This document shows positions 49,109 through 58,518 of a stretch of DNA of 64,000 nucleotides, in pieces. This DNA comes from a virus (Duplodnaviria; Caudoviricetes), in the IMG/VR virus record IMGVR_UViG_3300023179_000027, positions 1 through 64,000 of that record. One strand, 5' to 3'. The notes under the pieces were generated by a model. The model saw only the letters and a list, made by a program, of their open reading frames with translations. It did no database searches and was not told the DNA's origin. Within the stretch, counting starts at the first letter, position 1, and each line of letters begins with the position of its first letter. Made by a program: the position numbers and the translations under genes.

Positions 49109-49182
49109 CGCGGGTTGTAGAAATGGCATCTAACCAGTCTCATAAGCTGGAGTTGGGGGTTCGACTCCCTCACCCGCAACCA
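49109..49182 (+). tRNA. trnM: tRNA-Met(CAT), initiator-like acceptor
   Basis: C1:A72 mismatch, ccagt-ctCATaa-gctgg, CCA. Confidence 0.9.
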
Positions 49183-49272
49183 AGATGCACAGTCTCGCTT
49201 TACGCTGTGGCAGGATGGCCTCTCAGACTGCGACTAGAGTCCTACTTGCAAGGTTGGACATAGCACAAATTT

Positions 49273-49347
49273 GGTTCCATAGTATAGTGGTAAGTATAGG
49301 GCACTGTCACTGCCCAGGCAGGAGTTCAATTCTCCTTGGGACCGCCA
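49273..49347 (+). tRNA. trnD: tRNA-Asp(GTC)
   Basis: gggca-ctGTCac-tgccc, GCCA. Confidence 0.95.
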
Positions 49348-49439
49348 AACACAGTCGCCAGGATAGGGCGACAACATAGGGAGGGCAGCGGAGTACGCTA
49401 GGCTCTTAAACGACAGCAACTATGCGTCCCGTAGCATTT

Positions 49440-49531
49440 GGAGAGTTGCCCGAGAGGCCGAAGGGAGCGGTTTGCTAAACCGTCGAACGTAGAAATATGT
49501 TCCGTGGGTTCGAATCCCACACTCTCTACCA
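49440..49531 (+). tRNA. trnS: tRNA-Ser(GCT)
   Basis: gcggt-ttGCTaa-accgt, long variable arm, CCA. Confidence 0.95.
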
Positions 49532-49536
49532 GTAAT

Positions 49537-49610
49537 GTCTCAGTGGTGTAATGGTAGCATGACAGTCTCCAAAACTGTTCGTGGGGGTTCGAATCCCTCC
49601 TGAGACGCCA
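49537..49610 (+). tRNA. trnW: tRNA-Trp(CCA)
   Basis: acagt-ctCCAaa-actgt, CCA. Confidence 0.95.
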
Positions 49611-49628
49611 CTTTTAGGTAATATAACT

Positions 49629-49719
49629 GGAAGCGCAAACCGACTGGCGACGGTACCTGTCTTGAAAACAGTTGAGCGTTAATAACGCCTTGGGGGTTCA
49701 ACTCCGCCCGCTTCCGCCA
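49629..49719 (+). tRNA. trnS: tRNA-Ser(TGA)
   Basis: ctgt-ctTGAaa-acag, long variable arm, CCA. Confidence 0.92.
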
Positions 49720-49725
49720 ATCAAT

Positions 49726-49801
49726 GGTGATCTTAGTGTAGTGGTCTGCACATTTCGTTGTGACCGAAAAAGTATGAGTTCAATCCTCATAGATCACCCC
49801 A
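49726..49801 (+). tRNA. trnH: tRNA-His(GTG)
   Basis: G-1:C73, tttcg-ttGTGac-cgaaa, CCA. Confidence 0.93.
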
Positions 49802-49808
49802 GTTTAAT

Positions 49809-49885
49809 CCGTCATTAGTTCAGCAGAATAGAACGCTTGGCTACGGACCAAGAGGTCGGGGGTTTGAATCCTTCATGACGGGCCA
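49809..49885 (+). tRNA. trnR: tRNA-Arg(ACG)
   Basis: cttgg-ctACGga-ccaag, CCA. Confidence 0.93.
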
Positions 49886-49891
49886 AATTAT

Positions 49892-49969
49892 GCATCGGTA
49901 CCAGAGAAGACTAATGGCGCGGTCTGCAAAACCGTTGATTCGTAGGTGCAAATCCTATCCGATGCTCCA
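49892..49969 (+). tRNA. trnC: tRNA-Cys(GCA)
   Basis: gcggt-ctGCAaa-accgt, U73, CCA. Confidence 0.92.
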
Positions 49970-50006
49970 AAATATTATTTACTATATCACAGATTGTAAA
50001 TACAAT

Positions 50007-50332
50007 ATGCAGGATATATATCAGTATATTAAACTTCCTAAAGATGTTCGCACTGTACACTTAAACCTAGACACAGCCTGTATAGAAAGAGGTGGAGGAA
50101 GTACTTATTGTAAAGGTCTACTAGCCCATTTACTAGAGACAACAATACCTAAAGGACATATCATACATGTCTGTCATGCATGTAATAATAGCAAATGTAG
50201 TAACCCTGAGCATTTGTATTGGGGTACTGCAAGCGAAAACAGGCGTGATAGAGTAAAATATGAAAATCGTTGTTTAATAGAAATATATGCAGATGACTTT
50301 AGAAAAAAGTTAACAGAACGTAGTAAAAAATT

Positions 50333-50342
<10 letters not shown>
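50007..50342 (+). CDS. HNH/His-Me finger endonuclease-like protein
   Basis: VCHACNNSKCSNPEHLYWGTASEN; ATG 50007 after TAAATA. Confidence 0.8.
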
Positions 50343-50411
<69 letters not shown>

Positions 50412-50417
50412 AAATAT

Positions 50418-50512
50418 GGTAGATAGCACTGGTGTGCGGCGGAGATTTATAAACTCTGGAGACTGGTCAGATGGGCTGGAACGGTAGGGTTCGAATCCCT
50501 AGTCTACTACCA
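50418..50512 (+). tRNA. aberrant tRNA with TAT (Ile AUA) anticodon and long variable arm
   Basis: ggtagat/gtctact acceptor, ttTATaa loop, taggg-TTCGAAT-cccta, ACCA. Confidence 0.78.
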
Positions 50513-50529
50513 AAAATTGTAGATATAAT

Positions 50530-50700
50530 ATGGATAAAAATGAATTTAGTGAAGATTACGCAAAAACAAGATTTGATATTTGCAAGTCCTGTGAACATTT
50601 TTTTATAAATTTGTGTAAGATATGTAAATGTTTTATGCCAATCAAAACTAGCATTAAATACGCTAGTTGTCCATTAAACAAATGGAAAGAATTGGAGTAG
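50530..50700 (+). CDS. small Cys-rich protein (56 aa, not in ORF track)
   Basis: RFDICKSCE..CKICKCFM..K..ASCPLNKW. Confidence 0.75.
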   Translation: MDKNEFSEDYAKTRFDICKSCEHFFINLCKICKCFMPIKTSIKYASCPLNKWKELE

Positions 50701-50704
50701 ATAC

Positions 50705-51526
50705 ATGTTTAAAAAAATAAAAAGTAGTCAAACCTTTTTACCATCAGGATTCGAAATTTATGATGGTACTTGGGCACAGGTTGGAAAAAATAAGTGGTTC
50801 GGCGGAGATCATGAAAAGTTATTTAAGGAACACTGTAAAAAATTTCCTAGTGACTGGTATTACAGAACTCACGAAGTAAATTATACAGTTAATAGTTTAG
50901 GTTATAGAGCGCCAGAATTTTCTTCAATAAAATGGGAAGAATCAATTGTAATATTTGGTTGTTCTACCGTATTTGGTATTGGAGTGGATGATTCTGAAAC
51001 AATTAGTTCTTATTTGCAAGATATCACTAATATACCAGTTATTAATTTAGGTAGTGGTGGTAAGAGTATTAATTTTATACATCATAATTCCATTATATTA
51101 AGTGAATTTTACAAATTGCCTTTAGCAGTTGTAATTATTTGGCCTAATTTTTCAAGATTTACGATGTATAAACCAGAAGTTGTTGTAAGCCTAAGTTCAG
51201 CGAGTGAATTTGCAAACTTTTGGTCAGAATATTGGTTAGGTACTGAACATAATGCAGAAACATATGCATACTTTGCAAGATTAGCTAGTAAAAATATTTT
51301 CGGATCGAAGTGTATTTATTATGATTTAAGTTGGGATGAAGACACAGCAGATATTTTAGGATGTGAAAATTATCCTAAAAGCAGAATGTCATATAATTTA
51401 TTGCCAGTGCATAAAGCACGAGATGGTGTTCATCAGCCTTCTATACAGTTAAAAGATACTGCCAAATTAATTGCAAAAAATTTATTTAAACAAGGTTTAA
51501 ATTTCTCTTTTGATAATCTAAAATAA
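50705..51526 (+). CDS. SGNH-hydrolase-like protein
   Basis: FGCSTVFG, INLGSGG, RDGVH blocks. Confidence 0.65.
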   Translation: MFKKIKSSQTFLPSGFEIYDGTWAQVGKNKWFGGDHEKLFKEHCKKFPSDWYYRTHEVNYTVNSLGYRAPEFSSIKWEESIVIFGCSTVFGIGVDDSETISSYLQDITNIPVINLGSGGKSINFIHHNSIILSEFYKLPLAVVIIWPNFSRFTMYKPEVVVSLSSASEFANFWSEYWLGTEHNAETYAYFARLASKNIFGSKCIYYDLSWDEDTADILGCENYPKSRMSYNLLPVHKARDGVHQPSIQLKDTAKLIAKNLFKQGLNFSFDNLK

Positions 51527-51556
51527 GTATTACAGTGCGGACTCAAGTAATAAAAT

Positions 51557-52027
51557 ATGGCATCAATCGTTCCAATTAAAATAGAGCGTTCATGTAATGG
51601 GTGCACTAAATGTTGTGATGGTTGGTTAACAGGTACCGCACATGGACATGACTTTTATCCTGGAAAAAAGTGTTATTGGTCAGGAAAAAATGGGTGTAAC
51701 ATTTATGAGTTTAGACCACATGATCCATGTGTTACGTTTAAGTGTTTTTGGAAAACTAGTCGGCTTGTTCCAAATCATTTTAAACCAAGTACGATTGGTG
51801 TTATCTTTGTTGAAAGATATTTAGATACTTATGCTTTTTTAGATGTTAATTATGGTGGTGCAGTTTTATCTAATGAAGTTATTGATTGGTTGTACAAGGT
51901 TTTTAATGAAAACAAAATACCTCATATTAGATATAGAAAAGACGGAAAATATCGTATATTAAGTAATGATATTGAGTTTGTTAAGCTTATGGAAAATAAA
52001 TTAGGAAAAGAAAATTTAGATAGATGA
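51557..52027 (+). CDS. Cys-rich YkgJ-like protein (paralog of 48254)
   Basis: CNGCTKCC, CNIYEFRPHDPCVTFKCFW. Confidence 0.75.
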   Translation: MASIVPIKIERSCNGCTKCCDGWLTGTAHGHDFYPGKKCYWSGKNGCNIYEFRPHDPCVTFKCFWKTSRLVPNHFKPSTIGVIFVERYLDTYAFLDVNYGGAVLSNEVIDWLYKVFNENKIPHIRYRKDGKYRILSNDIEFVKLMENKLGKENLDR

Positions 52028-52581
52028 AAAAATTTTTATTTGAAACATTTTATATTATTGATTCTTTACCAAATCATACGGCTATAAAGCCATTATTATT
52101 AAATGAAATTTCTAAAATTAGCACAAACAATAGCCTTGTAGATGATAATAATTTTATTAGTAAATTAGATTGGCAAAGTAGCGACACTAATCAAAAATGG
52201 AAAGATATATTTTTGCCATATTTAAATTCTAAATTATTAGAAATTGCAAATGATAATGGATATAAAAATATACGTATAGATGAGTTGTGGTTTCAGCAAT
52301 ATAAAAAGAATGGTAGACATGGTTGGCACACGCATGGATCCAACTTTACAGGTATATATTATTTAGAATTGCCAAAATACGCTCCTAAAACTGAACTTAT
52401 TCTACCTTGTTTATGTAAACCATTTACGCCTGATATTGCTGAAGGAGATATATTAATATTTCCAAGTTATGTAGTACATAGAGCACCCATTATAACTAGG
52501 AAATTAAGAAAAACTATTATATCATTTAATTTCACTATGATGATGTTAACAGATATTTTCTTACAAAGTATAGGCGAATAA
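52024..52581 (+). CDS. putative 2OG-Fe(II) oxygenase
   Basis: WFQQY..HGWHTH..TGIYYL..EGDILIFPSYVVHRA..RKTIISFN. Confidence 0.82.
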   Translation: MKKFLFETFYIIDSLPNHTAIKPLLLNEISKISTNNSLVDDNNFISKLDWQSSDTNQKWKDIFLPYLNSKLLEIANDNGYKNIRIDELWFQQYKKNGRHGWHTHGSNFTGIYYLELPKYAPKTELILPCLCKPFTPDIAEGDILIFPSYVVHRAPIITRKLRKTIISFNFTMMMLTDIFLQSIGE

Positions 52582-52591
52582 ATAATATTGT

Positions 52592-52664
52592 GCGGGTGTT
52601 CTCCTGGGAGAGGACTTAGCCTTCCAAGCTAATGAAGAGGGTTCGAATCCCTTCGCCCGCTCCA
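52592..52664 (+). tRNA. trnG: tRNA-Gly(TCC), atypical D-arm
   Basis: ttagc-ctTCCaa-gctaa, U73, CCA. Confidence 0.9.
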
Positions 52665-52680
52665 ATAATAGGACTTTATT

Positions 52681-53397
52681 ATGCATAATAATTTTATAAA
52701 AAATGATGGGGTTTCAGTAGTAGATGTTAATACTAAGGGAAACAGAGATTTGGAAGAAATTACCCCTATAACTTACAAACTTAATTCTGGAATCACATTG
52801 AGCTTTACTAATCATTTAGATTGTGGAGGCACATCAGGTTATGAGGAATTTGGTAACTTGGTAAGTAAATATAAAACAAAAAATAAATATAATAGGTGTT
52901 TTGAATGGTGTGCTGGACTAGGAGCTTTTGGTTTTCACATGTATGGATTAGATTTATGTGAGACAATTGTTTTTAATGATTATTATGAATTTGCAACATC
53001 TATGTGTAAAAAAACTGCTTTAGATAACAATATTGCTGATAAGGTAACTGTTTACACTACCGCAAATATATCTAATATACCTACTACTGAAAAATATGAT
53101 TTGGTTATAGGTAATCCTCCACATGTTTGGGAACCTATACTTTTTGAAAATGATAATTCACCTGATGAAAAAGATAAAATGAATTTAACGAGGTGCCTGG
53201 TTGATTATAACATGGAAACACATAATAAATTTTTTACCCATATACGTGATTATATAACAGATGATGCAGATTTATTTATTGTAGAAAATGACCATAGATA
53301 TGTAGAAGATTGGGCAAAGTTAGCAAAACTTGTTGTTGTTAATAAAATAAAAATGTATTCCGAGCTTTGGCATTTAATACATTATAAACCTAAATAA
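52681..53397 (+). CDS. SAM-dependent methyltransferase (NPPx amino-methylase type)
   Basis: EWCAGLGAFG, DLVIGNPPH. Confidence 0.8.
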   Translation: MHNNFIKNDGVSVVDVNTKGNRDLEEITPITYKLNSGITLSFTNHLDCGGTSGYEEFGNLVSKYKTKNKYNRCFEWCAGLGAFGFHMYGLDLCETIVFNDYYEFATSMCKKTALDNNIADKVTVYTTANISNIPTTEKYDLVIGNPPHVWEPILFENDNSPDEKDKMNLTRCLVDYNMETHNKFFTHIRDYITDDADLFIVENDHRYVEDWAKLAKLVVVNKIKMYSELWHLIHYKPK

Positions 53398-53419
53398 TCA
53401 ACCAATAGATACAAAACTT

Positions 53420-53495
53420 GCGGGTATGGTGCTAACGGTTAACACACGACCTTGCCAAGGTTGAGTTGAGGGTTCGATTCCCTCTACCCGCTCCA
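53420..53495 (+). tRNA. trnG: tRNA-Gly(GCC)
   Basis: cgacc-ttGCCaa-ggttg, CCA. Confidence 0.95.
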
Positions 53496-53515
53496 AATTA
53501 ATAAAGGAGATTAAT

Positions 53516-54085
53516 ATGCCTGCTGTATGGCTTATAAGTGACACACATTTTGGTCACGAAAAAACCTGTACTGTTTTTAAACGTATGGATGGAAGTCCAC
53601 TTCGTCCATTTAGGAGTGCTGAGGAAATGGATGAAGAAATGGTTAAACGATGGAACGACCGTGTACGTCCTAAGGATAAAGTATATCATCTTGGAGACGT
53701 TGTTATTTCACGTAAGTCACTGCAAATATTAAGTAGACTTAACGGAGATAAGGTTCTTATTCGTGGTAATCATGATATTTTTAAACTTAGTGATTACACC
53801 GAACACTTTAGGGACATTCGAGGATATCATGTTATGAATGGACTTATTCTTAGTCACGTACCTATACATGAAGAAAGTCTTGCAAGATTTGGATGCAACA
53901 TACATGGACATCTTCACGCTAACAGAGTAATGAAAGATAACAAAATTGATAAACGTTACTTTAATGTTAGTGTAGAATGCATAGACTTTGCCCCAATTCT
54001 TTTTGAGGACGCTCAAAAACGTATTGTGGAAGAAGGTGGACATGTTGGTTTCAAAAACGGTAATGGGCCTATTGAAGTAATGTAA
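53516..54085 (+). CDS. calcineurin-like metallophosphoesterase
   Basis: SDTHFGH, LGD, GNHD, HGHLH. Confidence 0.92.
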   Translation: MPAVWLISDTHFGHEKTCTVFKRMDGSPLRPFRSAEEMDEEMVKRWNDRVRPKDKVYHLGDVVISRKSLQILSRLNGDKVLIRGNHDIFKLSDYTEHFRDIRGYHVMNGLILSHVPIHEESLARFGCNIHGHLHANRVMKDNKIDKRYFNVSVECIDFAPILFEDAQKRIVEEGGHVGFKNGNGPIEVM

Positions 54086-54095
54086 TAAATAGTTC

Positions 54096-54596
54096 ATGCT
54101 ATACATTTCTTACAGAGGCTTAATTAACGGAGAAGATCCAAGTGTTGAAAATACCCCTAGCCAAATTGCGAAAGCATTTGGTTATGGGTTTAATTGCATG
54201 GTAGATGCTTGGCGTGTTGATAACATCATATATTTAGGCAGTAATTTACCGCTTACTGAAGTTAGTCCAACTTTTCTCAAAGGTAATAGGTTTTGGATTA
54301 ATGCTAGAAATAATGATATGTATACTTGGTTACAATCTCAGCAATTAACAAATTATCCTAACTATTTTACAGTGCAGTTACCATTGCAAAATTATTATAC
54401 CACAAGTAGTAATTACTTATGGACTTTTCAAGACAAGCCTATTAGTAATTTAAGTATTATGGCTATACCTGAATCATATGATAGCGGATTGTTTAGTACA
54501 GTAAATTTACGTTGTCATGGTGTATGTAGTAGTTTATGCCCTACAATTAAACGTATGCGTAATGAGGGGTTAAGTATATATGGGCAGTTTTATTAA
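54096..54596 (+). CDS. glycerophosphodiester phosphodiesterase-like protein (degenerate)
   Basis: ISYRG..ENT..VD.W..GVCS pattern; catalytic His replaced by Tyr. Confidence 0.5.
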   Translation: MLYISYRGLINGEDPSVENTPSQIAKAFGYGFNCMVDAWRVDNIIYLGSNLPLTEVSPTFLKGNRFWINARNNDMYTWLQSQQLTNYPNYFTVQLPLQNYYTTSSNYLWTFQDKPISNLSIMAIPESYDSGLFSTVNLRCHGVCSSLCPTIKRMRNEGLSIYGQFY

Positions 54597-54598
54597 TT

Positions 54599-54620
54599 AG
54601 GGCCATATGGCCCTTTTTTT
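54599..54620 (+). terminator. intrinsic terminator
   Basis: agggcc-atat-ggccct plus T-tract. Confidence 0.8.
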
Positions 54621-54636
54621 GTGGCTAAATAACCTT

Positions 54637-55077
54637 ATGACAAGTGAAAACAAATTTTTGTATATTGATGGACGTTTTGATTCTAATAAAGAAATTGTTT
54701 TAAATAAGGTTGTAAATGTCGCTAAACAACATTTTAAATTACCTGATAAAATTATATTTGAAATGCGTAAACTAGGATTTTCAACTTATGGAGAAACAAT
54801 TGTAGATCCTAGGTACAAAAATAGAATTAAATTAAATATAGATTTGGGAATAAATGAAACAGTATATGTATTGACCCACGAAATAATTCATCTAAGTCAA
54901 ATTACCACAGGGCAACTTGCTATGGGCAGAAATGGATCATATGTATGGGATTTCGGATACGAGATCCCAAAACATAAAGTATACAACTTGTCTTATGCAG
55001 AATACTTGCAACTTCCATGGGAAGCAGATGTTGTTAAAAAACAACAGTTTTTCTTGGAAAAGTTGCTTAAAAAATAA
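54637..55077 (+). CDS. HExxH metallopeptidase-like protein
   Basis: LTHEIIHLSQ...YLQLPWE. Confidence 0.65.
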   Translation: MTSENKFLYIDGRFDSNKEIVLNKVVNVAKQHFKLPDKIIFEMRKLGFSTYGETIVDPRYKNRIKLNIDLGINETVYVLTHEIIHLSQITTGQLAMGRNGSYVWDFGYEIPKHKVYNLSYAEYLQLPWEADVVKKQQFFLEKLLKK

Positions 55078-55089
55078 GCAGATTAGTAT

Positions 55090-55118
55090 TTGACAATAAA
55101 TGTGTATGGGTGTATAAT
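55090..55118 (+). promoter_or_regulatory. early sigma70-type promoter
   Basis: TTGACAataaat..-17-TATAAT. Confidence 0.88.
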
Positions 55119-55125
55119 GTCTTTT

Positions 55126-55452
55126 ATGCTAAAGAATCGTAAAAAACGCAGTGACAGGAACCATGTAATTTACCTGATTGAAAACAAGTTCACAGGTGAA
55201 AAGTACATTGGGTTGACAGCCCTTATTTACAATGGCAACGTATATAAAACGTTACGTAGGCGTATGCAAAAGCATTTGCAAAGGGCTTTAACTGAGAATA
55301 AAAGTTGGGGTTTGTGTGTTGCACTTAGAACACAAGGACCAGAATCGTTTGTGTTTAGTAAGTTGGAGGTAGTACGTGGTAAAAAAGAAGCACACCAACG
55401 TGAGACTATTTTAATTGCAGAGTTAAAGCCTGCCCTAAATACTTTTAAATAA
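55126..55452 (+). CDS. GIY-YIG nuclease-like protein
   Basis: VIYLIENKFTGEKYIGLT, RR..KH, E, LNT. Confidence 0.82.
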   Translation: MLKNRKKRSDRNHVIYLIENKFTGEKYIGLTALIYNGNVYKTLRRRMQKHLQRALTENKSWGLCVALRTQGPESFVFSKLEVVRGKKEAHQRETILIAELKPALNTFK

Positions 55453-55499
55453 ATTGGCTTTTTGCTATGATAGACTTTTAAATATTATGTGAGGATGTT

Positions 55500-56006
55500 A
55501 TGAACCTAAAAGACCTTTTTGAAGTTTTTAATTATAAAATTACTGATGGTAGTGAATATCAATGGCATTGTTATGGCTCAAATGCTAGGTTCTTAGATTT
55601 TGAAAATGATCATGCAACCGCTAGTGTCATTTTTGATAGTGAAACACAGGTTGTTTATCAATGTGAAGTGTGGCCTAAAAACGAAGGTGAACGCCCTTAT
55701 CGGTATGTAAATCCTGATTATTCTGATAGTTTAAAAAATGAGGCAGAAGAAAAAAAAATAGATAATAGTATTGCATTTGACAATACTAAATTTATTGATT
55801 TGGAAGTGTATGAAGATTTTTTAGAAAAAGGTTTGGCAATATGGAATAATTTGCCTTTTGATAAGCGTATTCAAATTCCTATTGAGGAAGATTTGTTTTA
55901 TGATTTAGCTAAACGTGCACATTATCGTGATATTACCATAAATAGTTTAGTTGAAGAAATTTTACTAAATGTTATAAAGGAACATAATCGTGAAAACAAT
56001 ACATAA
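55500..56006 (+). CDS. hypothetical phage protein
   Basis: GAGG RBS; 168 aa. Confidence 0.7.
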   Translation: MNLKDLFEVFNYKITDGSEYQWHCYGSNARFLDFENDHATASVIFDSETQVVYQCEVWPKNEGERPYRYVNPDYSDSLKNEAEEKKIDNSIAFDNTKFIDLEVYEDFLEKGLAIWNNLPFDKRIQIPIEEDLFYDLAKRAHYRDITINSLVEEILLNVIKEHNRENNT

Positions 56007-56346
56007 AGCAATTTTAGGTTTGGCGTTAATAGCTACCCCACTTATTGCACAGGCTGATTTGTCGGTACGTGAAAGAAATATTGCAATAGGTGGATTGGTA
56101 GTTGGTGCTTTAATTGGCAACTCTATGCAACCAAATTCAATGCCACAAATTAACACCATGCCAATGTATAACATGCAATCACCTGCATACTATGCACAAC
56201 CTGCGATGAATCAATGTGAAGTAAGATATTATAGGCAGGGTTACATTCAAAATTGTTATCCAACTGGACATTATAGAATTACACCCCCTATCATACCACA
56301 CCCTACTCCATATCCACAAAATATTAATTTTTACTATGTAAGATAA
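55990..56346 (+). CDS. putative exported protein with glycine-zipper segment
   Basis: Signal peptide (..PLIAQA), IGGLVVGALIG, Pro/Tyr-rich tail. Confidence 0.65.
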   Translation: MKTIHKAILGLALIATPLIAQADLSVRERNIAIGGLVVGALIGNSMQPNSMPQINTMPMYNMQSPAYYAQPAMNQCEVRYYRQGYIQNCYPTGHYRITPPIIPHPTPYPQNINFYYVR

Positions 56347-56348
56347 AA

Positions 56349-56678
56349 ATGGAATCTACTGAGCAACTAAATAACAAATATCAACCTACACAAGATTGGA
56401 AAGACAATGATTGGGAATTATTTGAATCATGGTTAAGAGGTGTTTTGCATAGTAACATTGTTGATATTACTTTTATAAAGAAAGACGGTACAGAACGGAT
56501 TATGAAATGTACACTTGATCCAAGTTTACTTCCTGAGATTACTAAGCTTACCGAAACAAAGACCAAGAAACAATCAACTACAAGTATTCCTGTCTATGAT
56601 TTAGAAGCCAGTGGTTGGAGAAGTTTCGTTACAAAATCTGTGAAAAGAGTGCAATTTACCTTGTCTCAGGAAAAATAA
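56349..56678 (+). CDS. WYL_2/SH3-like beta-barrel protein
   Basis: TFIKKDGTERIMKCTL...VYDLEASGWRSF. Confidence 0.75.
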   Translation: MESTEQLNNKYQPTQDWKDNDWELFESWLRGVLHSNIVDITFIKKDGTERIMKCTLDPSLLPEITKLTETKTKKQSTTSIPVYDLEASGWRSFVTKSVKRVQFTLSQEK

Positions 56679-56679
56679 A

Positions 56680-57132
56680 ATGTCTTATGACTATGAAAAA
56701 CAAAAGCTTATTAACGAAGAAAGTCTACATAATCCAAGAATCGGTGATTATTGGCAAGAGAGGTTTTGTCCTTACTTCCTTGTAGTTGATGTTAAAGATA
56801 AAGATGTAACTGTATTAAGTTGTCTAGGTGGACCTAACAGTTTTAATCGCAAGCATGAATTATATGCTAGAATTGAACTTGACAAAGATCACTGGACTTG
56901 GGACTTGTCCAAATCGATGGTTGTTGACCGTAACTGGATATTTAAGGCTGTTAAGTATGATAGCGGTGAAGGTTTTGTTGCTGATGTAATTAATAGTGAA
57001 AAGACAGTCAAAATGGCCATGGAGTGGCGTGATTGGAAACAAAAAGATATTCGCAAACAAATCATTAATCTCGAAAAGCAATTTAAAGATTTTACAGGTT
57101 GGTCAGTGTTGAAGGAAGGAGTTACCTCATGA
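56680..57132 (+). CDS. hypothetical protein
   Basis: 150 aa ORF in operon. Confidence 0.65.
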   Translation: MSYDYEKQKLINEESLHNPRIGDYWQERFCPYFLVVDVKDKDVTVLSCLGGPNSFNRKHELYARIELDKDHWTWDLSKSMVVDRNWIFKAVKYDSGEGFVADVINSEKTVKMAMEWRDWKQKDIRKQIINLEKQFKDFTGWSVLKEGVTS

Positions 57133-57320
57133 ATGATAATATTAAAGCAATTTTGAACAAAGCTTCATCAAGTTATCAACAGGCAGATACCAGTTGGGAA
57201 ACAAAAACTAACTTTTTAAATAGGTTTGCTGAACTTATTGTCTTAGAATGTGCCAAGATTGCAGAAAATGCAGAACCTTATCAATCTAGTGATTTGATTA
57301 AACAAAAGTTTGGATTGTGA
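57129..57320 (+). CDS. small hypothetical protein (FAELIV family)
   Basis: GGAG RBS; MN...FAELIVLEC...IKQKFGL. Confidence 0.7.
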   Translation: MNDNIKAILNKASSSYQQADTSWETKTNFLNRFAELIVLECAKIAENAEPYQSSDLIKQKFGL

Positions 57321-57532
57321 ATCCATTAATTCGTGCTATTTTTTATAAGTCAGTAACAACAACCTATGAAGTAAGACCCAATGAAGATGAAACACATATT
57401 GTAACCAAATTTGATTACGATAATTTTGCTTTATATCTTATACAAGAATCCGTTAGACACCTAAAAGAAAACAACCAATCTGAAGCGGCAAAACTTTTGG
57501 AATCATATTGGACAGAGAATCCTTATATTTGA
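57317..57532 (+). CDS. small hypothetical protein
   Basis: GTGA overlap with upstream gene. Confidence 0.6.
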   Translation: MNPLIRAIFYKSVTTTYEVRPNEDETHIVTKFDYDNFALYLIQESVRHLKENNQSEAAKLLESYWTENPYI

Positions 57533-57586
57533 CAATAATTCCATAGTAGCTTAAATTGTACAGCTTAATCAATTAAAGGAATTCTT

Positions 57587-57796
57587 ATGCGAGTTGAACG
57601 TGTTGGTGGTATCGAATCTAGTCCTGCCCGTGCTTTGTTTTACGAACTGTGGCGTGAAAAGATGAGTGCAAGTGCCAGATTAACAAAATTGGTGCGTGAG
57701 GGTAGTCCTGCTGAAAAAGAATGGGAAATCCGTCGACGGAAAGTAGAACCTGCGGTACGTGTAGAGATTAGCCAAGCCGCTAAAAAGGTATCCTAA
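57587..57796 (+). CDS. small hypothetical protein
   Basis: AAGGA RBS. Confidence 0.6.
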   Translation: MRVERVGGIESSPARALFYELWREKMSASARLTKLVREGSPAEKEWEIRRRKVEPAVRVEISQAAKKVS

Positions 57797-57798
57797 AT

Positions 57799-57855
57799 TT
57801 GACAATAAATGGTCATGGGTGTACAATAGCATTATTGACAGTTAAACAACGGAGT
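57799..57855 (+). repeat. early promoter/RBS cassette type B, copy 1
   Basis: TTGACA-17-TACAAT then agcattattgacagtta..aacggag; near-identical to 59439. Confidence 0.85.
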
Positions 57856-57860
57856 AGCAA

Positions 57861-58136
57861 ATGGTAACTTATGCACAAATGTCTGAAAAGCAAAAGCGTG
57901 AAGTCCGTATGTATGGATGCACTGAAGACCAAATGCGTGAGTCTGTGGAGCAAAGCCTGACGTTTCGTTTCTCAGGACCTGCTATGATGGCTGCTAGTTT
58001 GATGAGTGATTGTCAGGAAATGTTGTCTAGTGACAACGGTGGGCAGTTTGATTTGATGATTGCCGAGGATGTACGTCAAGCCCTTAATCGTGCTAAATGG
58101 ATTCTGTTTAACTATGTAATGGAAAAACGGGCTTGA
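57861..58136 (+). CDS. hypothetical early protein
   Basis: Own promoter and GGAG RBS. Confidence 0.75.
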   Translation: MVTYAQMSEKQKREVRMYGCTEDQMRESVEQSLTFRFSGPAMMAASLMSDCQEMLSSDNGGQFDLMIAEDVRQALNRAKWILFNYVMEKRA

Positions 58137-58185
58137 CAATAAATGGGCTTGGTAGTATACTATGGGTATAGTGAATAACAAGGAG
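58133..58185 (+). repeat. early promoter/RBS cassette type A, copy 1
   Basis: ttgacaataaatgggcttggtagtatactatgggtatagtgaataacaaggag. Confidence 0.9.
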
Positions 58186-58191
58186 CTACAT

Positions 58192-58449
58192 ATGGTCTGC
58201 GAAAAAGAAGTATTAACTAAAGTTGCTAAGATTATTGATGCCGACATGGCAAGTTTTTGTTTTGGATCACTTAGTGTGATTTGTACAAGGGCAGAAGCCA
58301 AAAAAATTCTTCGAATCCTTAGTAAAGATTACAAGGTTCAAATTAGCAAAGATGGTTCCTATGGTTTTATGTTTGACTTCGTTTGTGATGAAACTCAACC
58401 CAAACGAGATATCTTTTTAGATATCAATGGAACCGGCGGTAAGTGGTAA
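58192..58449 (+). CDS. hypothetical early protein
   Basis: ATG after AAGGAG of the cassette. Confidence 0.7.
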   Translation: MVCEKEVLTKVAKIIDADMASFCFGSLSVICTRAEAKKILRILSKDYKVQISKDGSYGFMFDFVCDETQPKRDIFLDINGTGGKW

Positions 58450-58459
58450 TATTCACTGG

Positions 58460-58512
58460 TTGACAATAAATAAGTTTGGTAGTATACTATGGGTATAGTG
58501 AATAACAAGGAG
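58460..58512 (+). repeat. early promoter/RBS cassette type A, copy 2
   Basis: ttgacaataaataagtttggtagtatactatgggtatagtgaataacaaggag. Confidence 0.9.
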
Positions 58513-58518
58513 TTAGAG

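Noticed and set aside
49185-50006. ORFs 49185-49379, 49234-49419 and the N-terminal extension 49875-50006
   Set aside because: They overlap tRNA genes; GC-rich RNA genes create spurious open frames. The same applies to 46341-46388 and 47700-47900.
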